DNA from: Candidatus Aenigmatarchaeota archaeon
GTDB taxonomy: Archaea > Aenigmatarchaeota > Aenigmatarchaeia > CG10238-14 > SCSR01
Direction of reading: 5' to 3'
Assembly: GCA_039000425.1 (NCBI GenBank)
Contig: JAWBPV010000002.1
Coordinates: 14,303-78,302, forward strand
Length of the DNA stretch: 64,000 nt
Below are positions 17,548 through 27,388 of this stretch, one piece after another (the stretch's first letter is position 1; each line of letters begins with the position of its first letter). The translations under genes were made by a program, and so were the position numbers. The notes beneath the pieces were generated by a model. That model saw nothing but the letters and a program-made list of their open reading frames with translations. It had not been told where the DNA came from and did no database searches.

Positions 17548-17859
17548 TTACATATAATTTGAATCTTGCTGTTCAGCTACTCTCAGAAGCTCTAGCGCAA
17601 TTGTTGACAAAAAATTGATACAAAATGGAATATCACTTGCAATTTCACGATATTTATTAACGTATTCATCTGAGTATACGTTGATGGAATCGGCTTTTTT
17701 GCACAAATCTTCGGTTTTCAATGCCGTTCGCATAAGAAATGCCGAGGTTAAAAGCGCAAAGGAAATTGCTTCAAAGGAGCTATTCGTATACTTTTTAATA
17801 ACAGAGATAATCTCAGTGATACAATCAATTAAACGCTCATCGTCTATAGGCTTTATCAT
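17548..17859 (-). CDS. hypothetical protein
   Basis: 103-aa ORF immediately downstream of polA on the same strand. Confidence 0.45.
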   Translation of the reverse strand: MIKPIDDERLIDCITEIISVIKKYTNSSFEAISFALLTSAFLMRTALKTEDLCKKADSINVYSDEYVNKYREIASDIPFCINFLSTIALELLRVAEQQDSNYM

Positions 17860-17873
17860 GCTGCCCTCCTTTC

Positions 17874-19793
17874 TTAGATTTTTATTTCCTTATAGTTCTG
17901 CATATAATCCTTACTCCATACCATGCCAATTTTTGTCTCAAGAGTGAATGGTATAGGGATGTTGATTTCGTATTTTAGCAATAATTTTCTGAATTCCTTT
18001 GCCAGTTCATCAAGTCTTGCGAACACTTCATCAAGTGCATCCTGTTTAACTTCAAATAATACCGAATCGTGCACGGAATTGACAATTCTTAATTTGGTTC
18101 CAAGCATCTCCTCGGGGAGATTGAAGAGAACGAAAACTAGGAATGAAAGGAAAAAGTCGGAAAGACTGGACTGCACCGGGAAATTGTATACTTGTTTTGC
18201 AATATCAAAATCTATGTTGATGAACTTTAGGATGCTAAAATTCCTGCGTCGTCCAAACAAGGAATCAATGAAATGATTTTTTTCAACAAATTCACAAATT
18301 CGTCGTTTAAAAACTTCTATAATTGGCAATTGTTTATTATAAGCATCAATAATCTTCTCGGCCGTAGATAGTTGAATCTTTACGCCATGTTTGGTGAGTG
18401 CTTCCATAAGTCCACTTGCGCTTGCCCCATAGAGGATTGCGAATGTTGCGGTTTTTGCAATTTGTCTTTCTTTATCACTAATTTCGGACATCGGCTTACG
18501 AAAAATACGGCTCGCTACCCACCGATGAAAATCGGAACTTTTGAGCACGGAAAGCGTTTCGGCATCCCCGCTCAACACCCCAAACATTAGCGCTTCTGCA
18601 CGCTGCACATCCATTTCCATGAAAACATATCCATCTTCACTGCGAAAAATCCTTCGTAAATCTTCGGGAATGTTCTGAAGATTCGGATTACTGCTGGAAA
18701 GTCTTCCACTTACCGTGCCCGTCTGATGGAAGGTTGAATGTATTCTATCGTGGGGAAATTTTGAATAAGGATTGAGATAGGTAGAGAGTTCTTTCTCAAT
18801 TTGTCGGTATTTGAGGAGCAGTTTCGCTTCTACAGTTTTTGATTTGTTGAGAAATGCGGCATCGGCGGAAAGCTTGTGCTTCAGTGGTTTTTCACGCAGA
18901 ACTTTGAAGAAAAGAATATGAACATCCTGGTTTGAATTTGGATTAAATGGGGGCAATTCGGTGACATTTTTGCCCTTCTTTTTCATCTGCTCAAGCTTGT
19001 ATTCTCGGGCAATCTTCACCGATTTCAAAGAGTTAAATTTCTTGAGAATCCTTTCCTTTTCCCGTTCACGCTGAAGAATCAAATTAAATATTTCCTCTTT
19101 GTCTATTTTAATGCCATTATGTTCAAGCTCTTCAAGGAGGAATGGCAATTTATTTACAAGCTCATTCTCAAGAAAATCAAACGTTCCACGTGGAACACAC
19201 TCACGATAAATCATGTAAAGCTCATAAGTTAAAAAGCAATCAAGGAAATTATAAATTATACTTTTCGCTTGATTAGTGCTAAAACTCTTCGCTACATCAT
19301 TAAAGTCAATCAATGTGGAATAATCGTCTGAAAGCCCAAATATACGTGCAAAGTCCTTAAGCCCATAAGTGCTAGAGTCCTCTATTAAAATGTGCATAAG
19401 TGCCATAGTGTCTTTGAATTTAACTTTCTTTAAAATTCCAAATGGTATTCCCAGAATCCTACGCATAACTTTGATTTCAAATTTGGCATTATGAGCAACT
19501 ATTTCTATATTTGGAACTTGGAAAATTGAAACCAAAACATTCTTTAGTTCTTCAGCGCCAATCAGGTCTCTATACAAAAACACATATAATCCCGGAAGAT
19601 AAATCCCACAACAAACTATATCTTCGAGCAACCGCGGATTATAAGAAGTAGTTTCAAAATCAATAGACACAATGCGTTCCTCCTCGGGTGCCTCTTCCAG
19701 AACTTCCTTCAAAACATCGCCAAATCCGGCATTCATAGGCGCCACACATAACGTGTCATCAATCGCCTTCTTTACATGTTCATGCAACCACAT
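17874..19793 (-). CDS. polA: family A DNA polymerase with 3'-5' exonuclease domain (phage Pol I type)
   Basis: Exo I IVSIDFETTS. Motif A DVQRAEALMFGVLSGD (cf. DYSQIELRxLAHLSGD). Motif B RQIAKTATFAILYG. NFPVQSSLSD. Motif C VHDSVLFEV. Confidence 0.9.
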   Translation of the reverse strand: MWLHEHVKKAIDDTLCVAPMNAGFGDVLKEVLEEAPEEERIVSIDFETTSYNPRLLEDIVCCGIYLPGLYVFLYRDLIGAEELKNVLVSIFQVPNIEIVAHNAKFEIKVMRRILGIPFGILKKVKFKDTMALMHILIEDSSTYGLKDFARIFGLSDDYSTLIDFNDVAKSFSTNQAKSIIYNFLDCFLTYELYMIYRECVPRGTFDFLENELVNKLPFLLEELEHNGIKIDKEEIFNLILQREREKERILKKFNSLKSVKIAREYKLEQMKKKGKNVTELPPFNPNSNQDVHILFFKVLREKPLKHKLSADAAFLNKSKTVEAKLLLKYRQIEKELSTYLNPYSKFPHDRIHSTFHQTGTVSGRLSSSNPNLQNIPEDLRRIFRSEDGYVFMEMDVQRAEALMFGVLSGDAETLSVLKSSDFHRWVASRIFRKPMSEISDKERQIAKTATFAILYGASASGLMEALTKHGVKIQLSTAEKIIDAYNKQLPIIEVFKRRICEFVEKNHFIDSLFGRRRNFSILKFINIDFDIAKQVYNFPVQSSLSDFFLSFLVFVLFNLPEEMLGTKLRIVNSVHDSVLFEVKQDALDEVFARLDELAKEFRKLLLKYEINIPIPFTLETKIGMVWSKDYMQNYKEIKI

Positions 19794-20387
19794 GCCTTTT
19801 CCTCCTCAACTTAATTTTATTAGTCGAGTTTAGCTCTAAAATGACCTCCCTCCGAAAGGAGCTCGTAAGTTCAAAAACCAACGAAGAGCAATCGTCACAA
19901 AAATTCACAAAAAATGAGCCGTCTTCTGAACCGACATTTGGGAATAATATTAGCATTGAATTATACTTTGTCCCTCTATCACTCTGCAGATCTAGATTTG
20001 GCAGGCGCTGCTTAGGGCTTTGTTGCTCTGCTACTCTGCCAATCTGGAATAAGCACCAACTCTGGAATTTGGAAAGACAAAACCAAAAAAATGGGCAATT
20101 TTCAAAATTACCCCTAAAATGCAAAAAATTCATCCGTCTCACCACCACTCCCTCCACAAATCCTTCAGTATTTTCGGGAAAAAAATCACCGAAACTACAA
20201 AAATTAACGCCCTCTCCAATCCTCTCACCAAAATAGAACTAAATAAACAAGTGGGTGAAATCACCCACCAAAAATGCCTAACGCTCTTAGAAGGCTCTGC
20301 ACAAATTATACTTTGGGAATTGCTTTGCAACGCTTCCGCTTTGCTCACTCTGGGCATGGCGCTCTGCCTCCTTAGGGATCTGCACAT

Positions 20388-21365
20388 CTAACAAATTCCC
20401 TCCCAAAATTTTTTTAGTTCTAACGCCAAAATGAGGGTATTTTTCGGCGATTTTTTCTCACTAGAAAAAGCATCGGAATCTCGGCAACTTAGATTTTTTG
20501 CCCTCTTGAGCACCTCATTCTTGAAGTCGCACTCTAGAGTTAAAGAACGCTTAGGGATAGGAATAAGATCTGGGCTTACGTTCGTCTTACACTGATTACT
20601 ATCGTAATATGAGTTCTTTTTTTCTTTTTCTTTTTTGCCTTCTCCGAAGGAAAAAAGAAAAAGGGAATTCTCTTCTTTTTTATTTAGTCCTAACTTGTAA
20701 CTCGTTTTATTTTTGTTATGTTCCGTCTTCGAAGAGAAGAAGGTGGTAACCTTCTTTTTGAAAAATTTATACCAGTTTCTTCGATATGTATCCAGTATCT
20801 CTTCGGAGGATATGTTTTTTGTCAGGATTTTCGAGATTAACTGTAAGAACGTTTCAAATATCAGCGTATTGCAGAAGTTCTTGTTTTCAAGTAGAGCTGC
20901 AGGATTCGGAAATGCAAATGCTGGCGTTTTGCCATAATATCCGTGATGTTCAATGTTGAATGCGAGCTTTGCAATGTCGTTTGACAGTATAACGATCACT
21001 TTTGGTTTGATTAGTTCTAACTCATGGAAAAGAAATTTGTGGATGCAGTTCAGAATTTCTTTTTTATGTGTTGGTGGCGGATAGCATTTGATGGCATTTG
21101 TGAGAAATATTGAGTTTAGATTGTAAGTTTTTAGCATTTTACGTAGTAATGTTCCTGACGGCCCTGTGAATGGTCGTTTCGTGTAGATTTCATCAAGTGC
21201 GGGATGTTTGCCAATGATGAACAAGTCGGGGGAGTGCGAGGTGATGGGCTCAAATGCCACTTTTTCACGTTGTGTGCCAATGCAGTCTTTGCAGGCAATA
21301 ATTTGTGTTTTAAGAGCTTCTAGTTGTGAATTCATTGTCCTACCTCTGATGATGAGGCTTAACAT
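20388..21365 (-). CDS. UDG family 4-like (SPO1 polymerase-related UDG fold) protein with atypical motif and a K-rich C-terminal extension
   Basis: CKDC...IIGKHPALDE...FTGPSGTLL...IFLTNAIKCYPP...AFAFPNPAALL follows the family-4 UDG architecture, but GKHPA replaces GEAPG. About 140 C-terminal residues are low-complexity Lys/Ser-rich. The start may be the internal Met at 21335. Confidence 0.6.
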   Translation of the reverse strand: MLSLIIRGRTMNSQLEALKTQIIACKDCIGTQREKVAFEPITSHSPDLFIIGKHPALDEIYTKRPFTGPSGTLLRKMLKTYNLNSIFLTNAIKCYPPPTHKKEILNCIHKFLFHELELIKPKVIVILSNDIAKLAFNIEHHGYYGKTPAFAFPNPAALLENKNFCNTLIFETFLQLISKILTKNISSEEILDTYRRNWYKFFKKKVTTFFSSKTEHNKNKTSYKLGLNKKEENSLFLFSFGEGKKEKEKKNSYYDSNQCKTNVSPDLIPIPKRSLTLECDFKNEVLKRAKNLSCRDSDAFSSEKKSPKNTLILALELKKFWEGIC

Positions 21366-21388
21366 AGGTAAAATTTTAAGTCAATAGA

Positions 21389-21925
21389 TCATTTTCTAGC
21401 AAAAACAACCGATTGCCAAGGAGCTTCGGCTACGAGATAAGGACAGCGACTTCGGATAGGAGGTTCAATTGAAACTTCTCTGAACGGAAGCGCTTTGACG
21501 CATTCGTATAGACGTTCGGCGGTCCATGCGGTTTTATGGACACCATGCAGCAATTTAACTGCTTCTTTCGTTTTGTCTTTTGACTTGTACCACTCAACAA
21601 ATGGAGTGTTTGGTATCCCTATGCATACTGCTTCGGCAAATGTTGCTCTATCCATCTGAGAGTACATTTTTAATATATCTGGAATTACAATATACGTTAA
21701 ACCTCCGGGCTTTAGCACTCGGTAAATTTCCGATAATAAGTTTAATGCCGATTCATATAATAAATGCTCAATAACATGTCCAGCATATACAACATCAAAT
21801 GAATTATCTTTAAATGGTAGTCCATAATACAAATCTGCAATTACATCAACGTAAGTGCGCGGAATTGCATCTAAATTTATAAAGCCTTTTAATGGAAATT
21901 CGCCACAGCCAATGTTTAACTTCAT
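21389..21925 (-). CDS. class I SAM-dependent methyltransferase
   Basis: LNIGCGEFPLKGFINLD (motif I) ... VVYAGHVIEHL ... LKPGGLTYIVIP. Confidence 0.7.
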   Translation of the reverse strand: MKLNIGCGEFPLKGFINLDAIPRTYVDVIADLYYGLPFKDNSFDVVYAGHVIEHLLYESALNLLSEIYRVLKPGGLTYIVIPDILKMYSQMDRATFAEAVCIGIPNTPFVEWYKSKDKTKEAVKLLHGVHKTAWTAERLYECVKALPFREVSIEPPIRSRCPYLVAEAPWQSVVFARK

Positions 21926-22074
21926 GTTGACCTCCTTTTCTGCATTTTATAAGGCCACGTTTATATCTAAAGCTATTCTTGCGCTCTAATAAAGAGCCTA
22001 TCTCAAATACATTGTACTCTATATTTAGTACGAATGTAAAAAAGAGGGGAAGGGAATTCCCCTCCTGGAAAGAG

Positions 22075-22656
22075 TTATTTGACTTCAATTATTGTGTCGT
22101 TTTCAACGCTTGCGCCAATCCAGCCTGTTGGAGAAGAATCGTCTCTCATTGGATAGGGTGGAAATTTCTTTTCAAAGACTCCATCGTCGACAAAAACGAA
22201 CGCCTTTTGTTTATATCTATCCCCATAGTAAAGAAACAATCCTTCCACGTCCATTGAAAAAATCACATAAACTTTCCAGCCATGGATGTCTCCGTTTATG
22301 AGAAATTGTGGGACTACTTCAATCTTCGCTGCAACCCCTTTCTTTCCTATCAATCCTTTCCACCTGCGAACACGTGGATCTCTAAGCATCTCTGATATCC
22401 TCTCTTCTATGAGGTTCCTGAATTCATCAAGATTGCTTTCGCCATAATGCCGGTCGCAATGGGATTTGAGCTCATCGTATGTCTTAAACAGGAATTCCTT
22501 TCCATAACAATCCTTCTTTCTCGGGTGCAATTCCTCACAGCAAATATTCCCATCGGGGGAGAGGCAATGGAGGGAAATTTCAACTCCTAATTCATCGGAT
22601 ATTTTTGCAAATAGACGAAGTCCCTTTAATGGAGCAAGATTTTCAAACTTTATCAT
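22075..22656 (-). CDS. hypothetical protein with N-terminal Cys/His cluster
   Basis: 193-aa ORF. HCLSPDGNICCEELHPRKKDC...HCDRHY. Confidence 0.5.
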   Translation of the reverse strand: MIKFENLAPLKGLRLFAKISDELGVEISLHCLSPDGNICCEELHPRKKDCYGKEFLFKTYDELKSHCDRHYGESNLDEFRNLIEERISEMLRDPRVRRWKGLIGKKGVAAKIEVVPQFLINGDIHGWKVYVIFSMDVEGLFLYYGDRYKQKAFVFVDDGVFEKKFPPYPMRDDSSPTGWIGASVENDTIIEVK

Positions 22657-22665
22657 GGTCTCCGC

Positions 22666-23103
22666 TTAAAGACAGTTATCGCAGAGAAAATACTTCTTTG
22701 TGTAATGCTCCTCCTCGCAGTCTTCATCATAACATTTCGAGCCATCCTTGTGAACATCAATAATCAGGAAATCACCGTGAGAGGTCCTTGCACCGCATTT
22801 CTTGCATGTTTGAACTGGATCTTTCTTTGCACATCCGGAACAGAAAACTTCACCCTCAATCTCAACCTCTCCAGGTCCACCACATATCTCACACATCCCC
22901 TTTGTTCCACTTACCTCTTTGAGAACCGCAATTGTCTCCTCATCCTTCCAGCCACCAAGATTTGAAAGAACATAGGCAGCCTGAACGCGGAGCGCGTCCT
23001 CATCGGTAAGGAAAAGACCGGCTTTCGCATACGTTCTCGCATAAGGATTTGGACAATTAGAAATTACTTTTTCAAATGCTCTTTTTAGCTTTTCTACTTC
23101 CAT
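22666..23103 (-). CDS. multi zinc-ribbon protein
   Basis: 145 aa with four or more CxxC pairs (CEICGG...CSGC...CKKCG...CDNC). Confidence 0.55.
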   Translation of the reverse strand: MEVEKLKRAFEKVISNCPNPYARTYAKAGLFLTDEDALRVQAAYVLSNLGGWKDEETIAVLKEVSGTKGMCEICGGPGEVEIEGEVFCSGCAKKDPVQTCKKCGARTSHGDFLIIDVHKDGSKCYDEDCEEEHYTKKYFLCDNCL

Positions 23104-23119
23104 CTTAACCTCCTTTCTT

Positions 23120-23410
23120 TTATTTTTTGTTTAGAACTGACTCAATGATTTTCAAAGCTTTGGCTTTAAGTTCGGGAATTTCCTTGAAATCCTCTAAGAG
23201 ATCAACCAATTTTAGCAGTAAATTTGAAGGGTGATAATTCAGGGTAATGCTTTGATTGCATTCTGTGCAATGCCACTTGGTAACCCATGTGTTTTTTGAT
23301 GGTAAAACTTCATCCAATTTGTAAATTGCGTTATTGGTGCATGAACAATAAATTGGGAACATGTGCTTCTCAACGAGTTTTTTCATGTGCTTCAAGTTTT
23401 GTTTGTTCAT
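23120..23410 (-). CDS. small zinc-ribbon protein
   Basis: 96 aa. CSC...CTEC. Confidence 0.5.
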   Translation of the reverse strand: MNKQNLKHMKKLVEKHMFPIYCSCTNNAIYKLDEVLPSKNTWVTKWHCTECNQSITLNYHPSNLLLKLVDLLEDFKEIPELKAKALKIIESVLNKK

Positions 23411-23678
23411 TTTTTCGCCTCCTTTTGATTTTGAATTTTTTTACATGTTTGAGCTCAAATATTGTAATTTCCCCACTGCAATGAATATTTTTGATTACAT
23501 CTTTCATTCTGCACTTTAATTTCTTTGAGTCTACTTTTGACAGAAAACCAATTTCAAATGAGTTTTTGGTGATACGGCAATCGGTGGGTAAATACTGTTT
23601 TTTAGATGTAAACAAATATCTAACGCTCCATTTTATGAAAGCCGGTTTTCGCGATTTAATCCAAATGCATGTTTTCAT
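23370..23678 (-). CDS. hypothetical basic protein (uncertain)
   Basis: 102-aa ORF overlapping the previous gene by 41 nt. Lys/Arg-rich. Confidence 0.3.
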   Translation of the reverse strand: MKTCIWIKSRKPAFIKWSVRYLFTSKKQYLPTDCRITKNSFEIGFLSKVDSKKLKCRMKDVIKNIHCSGEITIFELKHVKKFKIKRRRKNEQTKLEAHEKTR

Positions 23679-23708
23679 TTAATTTAATTTTCTCAAAATT
23701 GTATTGTT

Positions 23709-23753
23709 CTTCAAGCGGGGAAGAATAAAGATTATTCTCTTCCCCGCTTGAAG
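23709..23753. promoter_or_regulatory. long near-perfect inverted repeat (16-bp perfect stem + 4 bp, 3-nt loop) in a divergent intergenic region
   Basis: CTTCAAGCGGGGAAGA...TCTTCCCCGCTTGAAG read directly. Lies between the divergent starts of 23370..23678(-) and 23851..24102(+). Confidence 0.5.
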
Positions 23754-23850
23754 CGGAAAGGAGGTGTCGCAGAGGCAATGAAGATCAAAATATTTTTAAC
23801 ATAATCTCCCTCTTCCAATCAAGCTTCCATTTTCCTTTTAACAAAATAAA

Positions 23851-24102
23851 TTGATTTTTTGCGAAAGGTTTTTTATAATAAGGAACATGAATGATTTAAT
23901 TTCTTTATTGAAAACATCATATTTGCATGCTGACATTTCCACTTTGCCCGATACCGAGCTTCAGAGCTTGTATTCCAAACTTGTCAAGGCGTCTCAGCTT
24001 ACTCCCAATAATGTCTTAGTTTCAAAGATGCTTGATAAAGTAAATATGGAAATTGCAAAAAGGGTGCCTCAAGATAATTCTTCTGAAGGAGGAGTACTTT
24101 GA
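23851..24102 (+). CDS. small helical protein preceding beta-helix paralog B
   Basis: 83 aa. Overlaps the start of the 856-aa gene. Pattern similar to 7485..7673. Confidence 0.5.
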   Translation: MIFCERFFIIRNMNDLISLLKTSYLHADISTLPDTELQSLYSKLVKASQLTPNNVLVSKMLDKVNMEIAKRVPQDNSSEGGVL

Positions 24103-26669
24103 TTGATCTTTTTGAATCATTTTTCACTGAAGGGAAAACGATTTATTGGAGCATTAATGGTGATGACACCAATGATGGATTGAGTAGACAATCTCCCAAG
24201 CAGAGCTGGAGCGGTATTTCGGAAATTCTGGAAAATGGAGATACTGTTGTAATTCTTGATGAAATTTTTGAAGATTTTGAAGTTGCTAACAAGTATGTGA
24301 AATTTAAAGGCGGATCGTCAAAAGCCTCCATTTATGGAAGAATTACTTTGACTGGACAGAGCAAGTGTTTTTTTGAGCATTTAGTTCTAGGTTCGCCCAT
24401 TACCGTTGATAATATAGCTGTGATACTTGAAAATGTATTTGCTGGTGGGGATAAACAGTTAGTAAGCATTTGGGGAATTGCCGATTGGACTTCGGGTTTC
24501 ATTGGCATTGGGCCCGAGCAGGAACCTGTTACCATTGAGAACTATTCCGCTTTCGTTAGTGAAGATGCCTTTCAAGGAAGTTACCGCATTGTAGTTAAAG
24601 GGAACATAAACGAGGATCCTTGGACAAGAATTCGTCGGTTCACGGTAGCTAATTCAATGCCTATGTTTAAGACTTACGAAATTGTTAATTTTGAGACACA
24701 AGCGGAAACTACAATCTTAACTCTTAAAAGCCCCTTAATCTCTCCAATAACTACCGATGAAAAAATATATTTAAATTGCGTGTCCATAGACACGTCTTTA
24801 TTAAACAAAATGCATCTCAAAGGCGAGCCAATCTATGAGTTGGGAATTCATGGAAAACCACAAATTGATATAAATGCAGTATCCTTTTTTGAGCCCATAG
24901 TCGGTTTCAAAAACTGCACAATCTATTCGGATACATTTTTGGGCTTGACCTCGCCCGAATATAATTTGGCAGTTCCAGCAGCTGTGTTCAATCAATGTCG
25001 TATTCTACTTTCACTACCTGCAATTCCGTTGCTGTTAAATGATTTTGATCGCAATGGACTTTCTGCTCTGTTTAGCCAATGCATATTTTTTGTTTTTCCA
25101 TTTTCGTTAATGGGTTTAAGTTATGGTAATAGATATTGCGCATTGACGAAATTAGGTGGAGTTACTCGTTCAACTTTTATCTTTCTAAACTATTCTTCTT
25201 ATTTGAGAAATAAGTCGTGGTTGGAATCTTATGAAATAAGTAACGAGGACATATTTAAAGCTAAAGATGCGGGAAAATTCGCAATGTTCTTTAGGGAAAA
25301 CTTGTACGTTCAAGTAAAGAAATCAGAATTTTTTAAGGACGAATTTGAAATTATAGAGTTTGATACCGTTCCTAACAAGCATCCGCGAGGTGATGTATTT
25401 GAATACGCAAAAGACGAACATCCTCTATCAAGCCCAATGGAAGTTCATTGTTTCATCAGCAAAAAAGAAAAAATTGAATCGCAAACAATGACTCCTGGAG
25501 TCCTTATAGGAGATGGTGAAACAACTGAATTTGAAATTAATGTTCCTACTTTGATTTCTGCTCCTTTGGAATCTATCGAAGTTTGGGCAGATCTGAATGG
25601 TGAAGGCGTTCTCAAAAAATTAAATGTGATTGATGTGACTGAAGATTGGAAAACACCATATTTGGTGGAACAAGCTGAGAATGTTAGTTCCCCTGTTACT
25701 TTGGGAGAAGCGGCTTTTGGCGAAATCTTTATTTTTGATGGCGAGCAAATTCACCAATTCCATCGGAGACCTAATGAGATTTTGTATCGATGTGATTTTT
25801 CATTTTTTAGATTTCCTTTGATTCCATACAGGTCTATTGAATTTCCTTCCGTTGAAACTCTAGCGGGGGGCAATCCAATAAAAGTTGGAGATTATTACTA
25901 TTATTTTCTTTTAAATATGTCTCCAGAAGGAGCAGGTTTATTTAAATACACAATAAATTGCACAACTCCTTCAATTGGCGCTGATTTAATTGCTGGTTTT
26001 GCTGGAAACAAAATGAAGTTTTCGGTTGGGTGTCCTGTTTTTCTTAAGAATGGAAAAGTGATCTCAGGTGCAATACCAAATTTCACCAACCATTCAATCA
26101 TCCTTTTTGCTCATGATGTTGAAACAGGTGATTTATCTTTTGAAGAATTGAAACTGCCAGGAAAATATTTCTGGATACCAGTAATGATTAACGAGAAAGA
26201 ACTTTATTGTGTGAGATTGATATATCCAACTGATATTTTCAGTGCAATTACAGGAAAGTTAGATATCAAAACGCAAACCTTTATACCTTTGCTTCATGGA
26301 CCATATACGATTTCGCAACTGGAAAATCGCTACCTTGCATTAGGATATGATATTGATTTAGACGCAATCGTTTTAAGACGTTCCTTTAATGGAGAATCCT
26401 GGAATAGAAAGTTCATTATTTGGAACAAATCCAGTAGAAATATGTTCTGGATATGCCCGGCGAAGGAAAAAGCATATCTTTTCATATACACCCAAGATGA
26501 TCTTCTCGGATTTGAGTATACAAAAGAACGAATTGCATTCCCTGCCGACGAAGTGAAAGTTGATCGCAATAGAATGAAATTCATTTTTGAAGCTCCTCCA
26601 GTAGAAGGAACAAAAATTTATTACAATATTAAACCAATTTCAGGCAAATTGATAATAGGACTAATCTAG
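24099..26669 (+). CDS. large right-handed parallel beta-helix protein, paralog B (candidate tailspike/depolymerase)
   Basis: 856 aa. N-terminus KTIYWSINGDDTNDGLSRQSPKQSWSGISEILENGDTVVI. C-terminus DRNRMKFIFEAPPVEGTKIYY. Collinear with 4873..7488 but divergent in the middle. Confidence 0.7.
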   Translation: MIDLFESFFTEGKTIYWSINGDDTNDGLSRQSPKQSWSGISEILENGDTVVILDEIFEDFEVANKYVKFKGGSSKASIYGRITLTGQSKCFFEHLVLGSPITVDNIAVILENVFAGGDKQLVSIWGIADWTSGFIGIGPEQEPVTIENYSAFVSEDAFQGSYRIVVKGNINEDPWTRIRRFTVANSMPMFKTYEIVNFETQAETTILTLKSPLISPITTDEKIYLNCVSIDTSLLNKMHLKGEPIYELGIHGKPQIDINAVSFFEPIVGFKNCTIYSDTFLGLTSPEYNLAVPAAVFNQCRILLSLPAIPLLLNDFDRNGLSALFSQCIFFVFPFSLMGLSYGNRYCALTKLGGVTRSTFIFLNYSSYLRNKSWLESYEISNEDIFKAKDAGKFAMFFRENLYVQVKKSEFFKDEFEIIEFDTVPNKHPRGDVFEYAKDEHPLSSPMEVHCFISKKEKIESQTMTPGVLIGDGETTEFEINVPTLISAPLESIEVWADLNGEGVLKKLNVIDVTEDWKTPYLVEQAENVSSPVTLGEAAFGEIFIFDGEQIHQFHRRPNEILYRCDFSFFRFPLIPYRSIEFPSVETLAGGNPIKVGDYYYYFLLNMSPEGAGLFKYTINCTTPSIGADLIAGFAGNKMKFSVGCPVFLKNGKVISGAIPNFTNHSIILFAHDVETGDLSFEELKLPGKYFWIPVMINEKELYCVRLIYPTDIFSAITGKLDIKTQTFIPLLHGPYTISQLENRYLALGYDIDLDAIVLRRSFNGESWNRKFIIWNKSSRNMFWICPAKEKAYLFIYTQDDLLGFEYTKERIAFPADEVKVDRNRMKFIFEAPPVEGTKIYYNIKPISGKLIIGLI

Positions 26670-27388
26670 TCGCTTTCGGCAAAAAGAGCATTGTTTTCGG
26701 AAATTAGTATGTAATAGTCGCCATTCCCTTTTCCTTTGCGTTCTACTGCAAGACTTCCACAATATTCGCCATTTGGCGAAGTCCAAAGATTAACAGAATA
26801 ATCATATCTTCCGTCTTTATAGCTGTTGAATTTTTCCTTTTTATCAATAGCTTGTCTAATTTCTGCGATTTCGTGTTCGGTCCATCCACAGGATGTTAAT
26901 GTTAGAGTTTTATATTCTTCAATGCGGGGAAGTCCAAACTCGGGAGCATGGTACCAACATTCGTGACGCGATTGAAAGTTTTGTCTGCGAAATCTTTCAA
27001 TATTTTCGGGAGTAACTTTTTTCAATTCTTCTCTAATGCTTTGCCAAAGATTTGGATGGGAATATTTCTCAAAATAATTTTTATATCTAATTACATCGTT
27101 TACGTAGCATTCGGCAGGAGAACTGAAAACGTTTTCGTTAATCATGAATGCAACTATTCTTTTGTCTTTGTAAATTAAATTGGTAATTTTATATCCCCAG
27201 CTCCGTTTTCCTTTGACAAAGATAAACAATGTTTTGTCGTCTATTTTCTCAAACCGTGCTTCTTCTACTTCGCCAGTTTCATAAACTATTTTTCCCTTCA
27301 ATCTTTTGTTTAAGGGAAGCTCTGCAAAAGATATTGTTAGCATCGTTCGCCTCCTTTTTAGTTGTTCATTTGAAATCTTCAATGGCAT
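26666..27388 (-). CDS. hypothetical protein
   Basis: 240-aa ORF. Confidence 0.5.
   Translation of the reverse strand: MPLKISNEQLKRRRTMLTISFAELPLNKRLKGKIVYETGEVEEARFEKIDDKTLFIFVKGKRSWGYKITNLIYKDKRIVAFMINENVFSSPAECYVNDVIRYKNYFEKYSHPNLWQSIREELKKVTPENIERFRRQNFQSRHECWYHAPEFGLPRIEEYKTLTLTSCGWTEHEIAEIRQAIDKKEKFNSYKDGRYDYSVNLWTSPNGEYCGSLAVERKGKGNGDYYILISENNALFAESD

Noticed and set aside
19780-20391. Four overlapping small ORFs on both strands (19780..20157, 19841..20236, 20119..20391, 20139..20387)
   Set aside because: They are mutually exclusive, low-complexity, have no RBS and no homology signal. The region is better treated as non-coding (see finding).
20621-20665. T-run/A-run palindrome (tttttcttttttgccttctccgaaggaaaaaagaaaaag)
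   Set aside because: This is a low-complexity, imperfect homopolymer-driven symmetry inside the K-rich C-terminal extension of the UDG-like ORF. It is not a convincing structured element.
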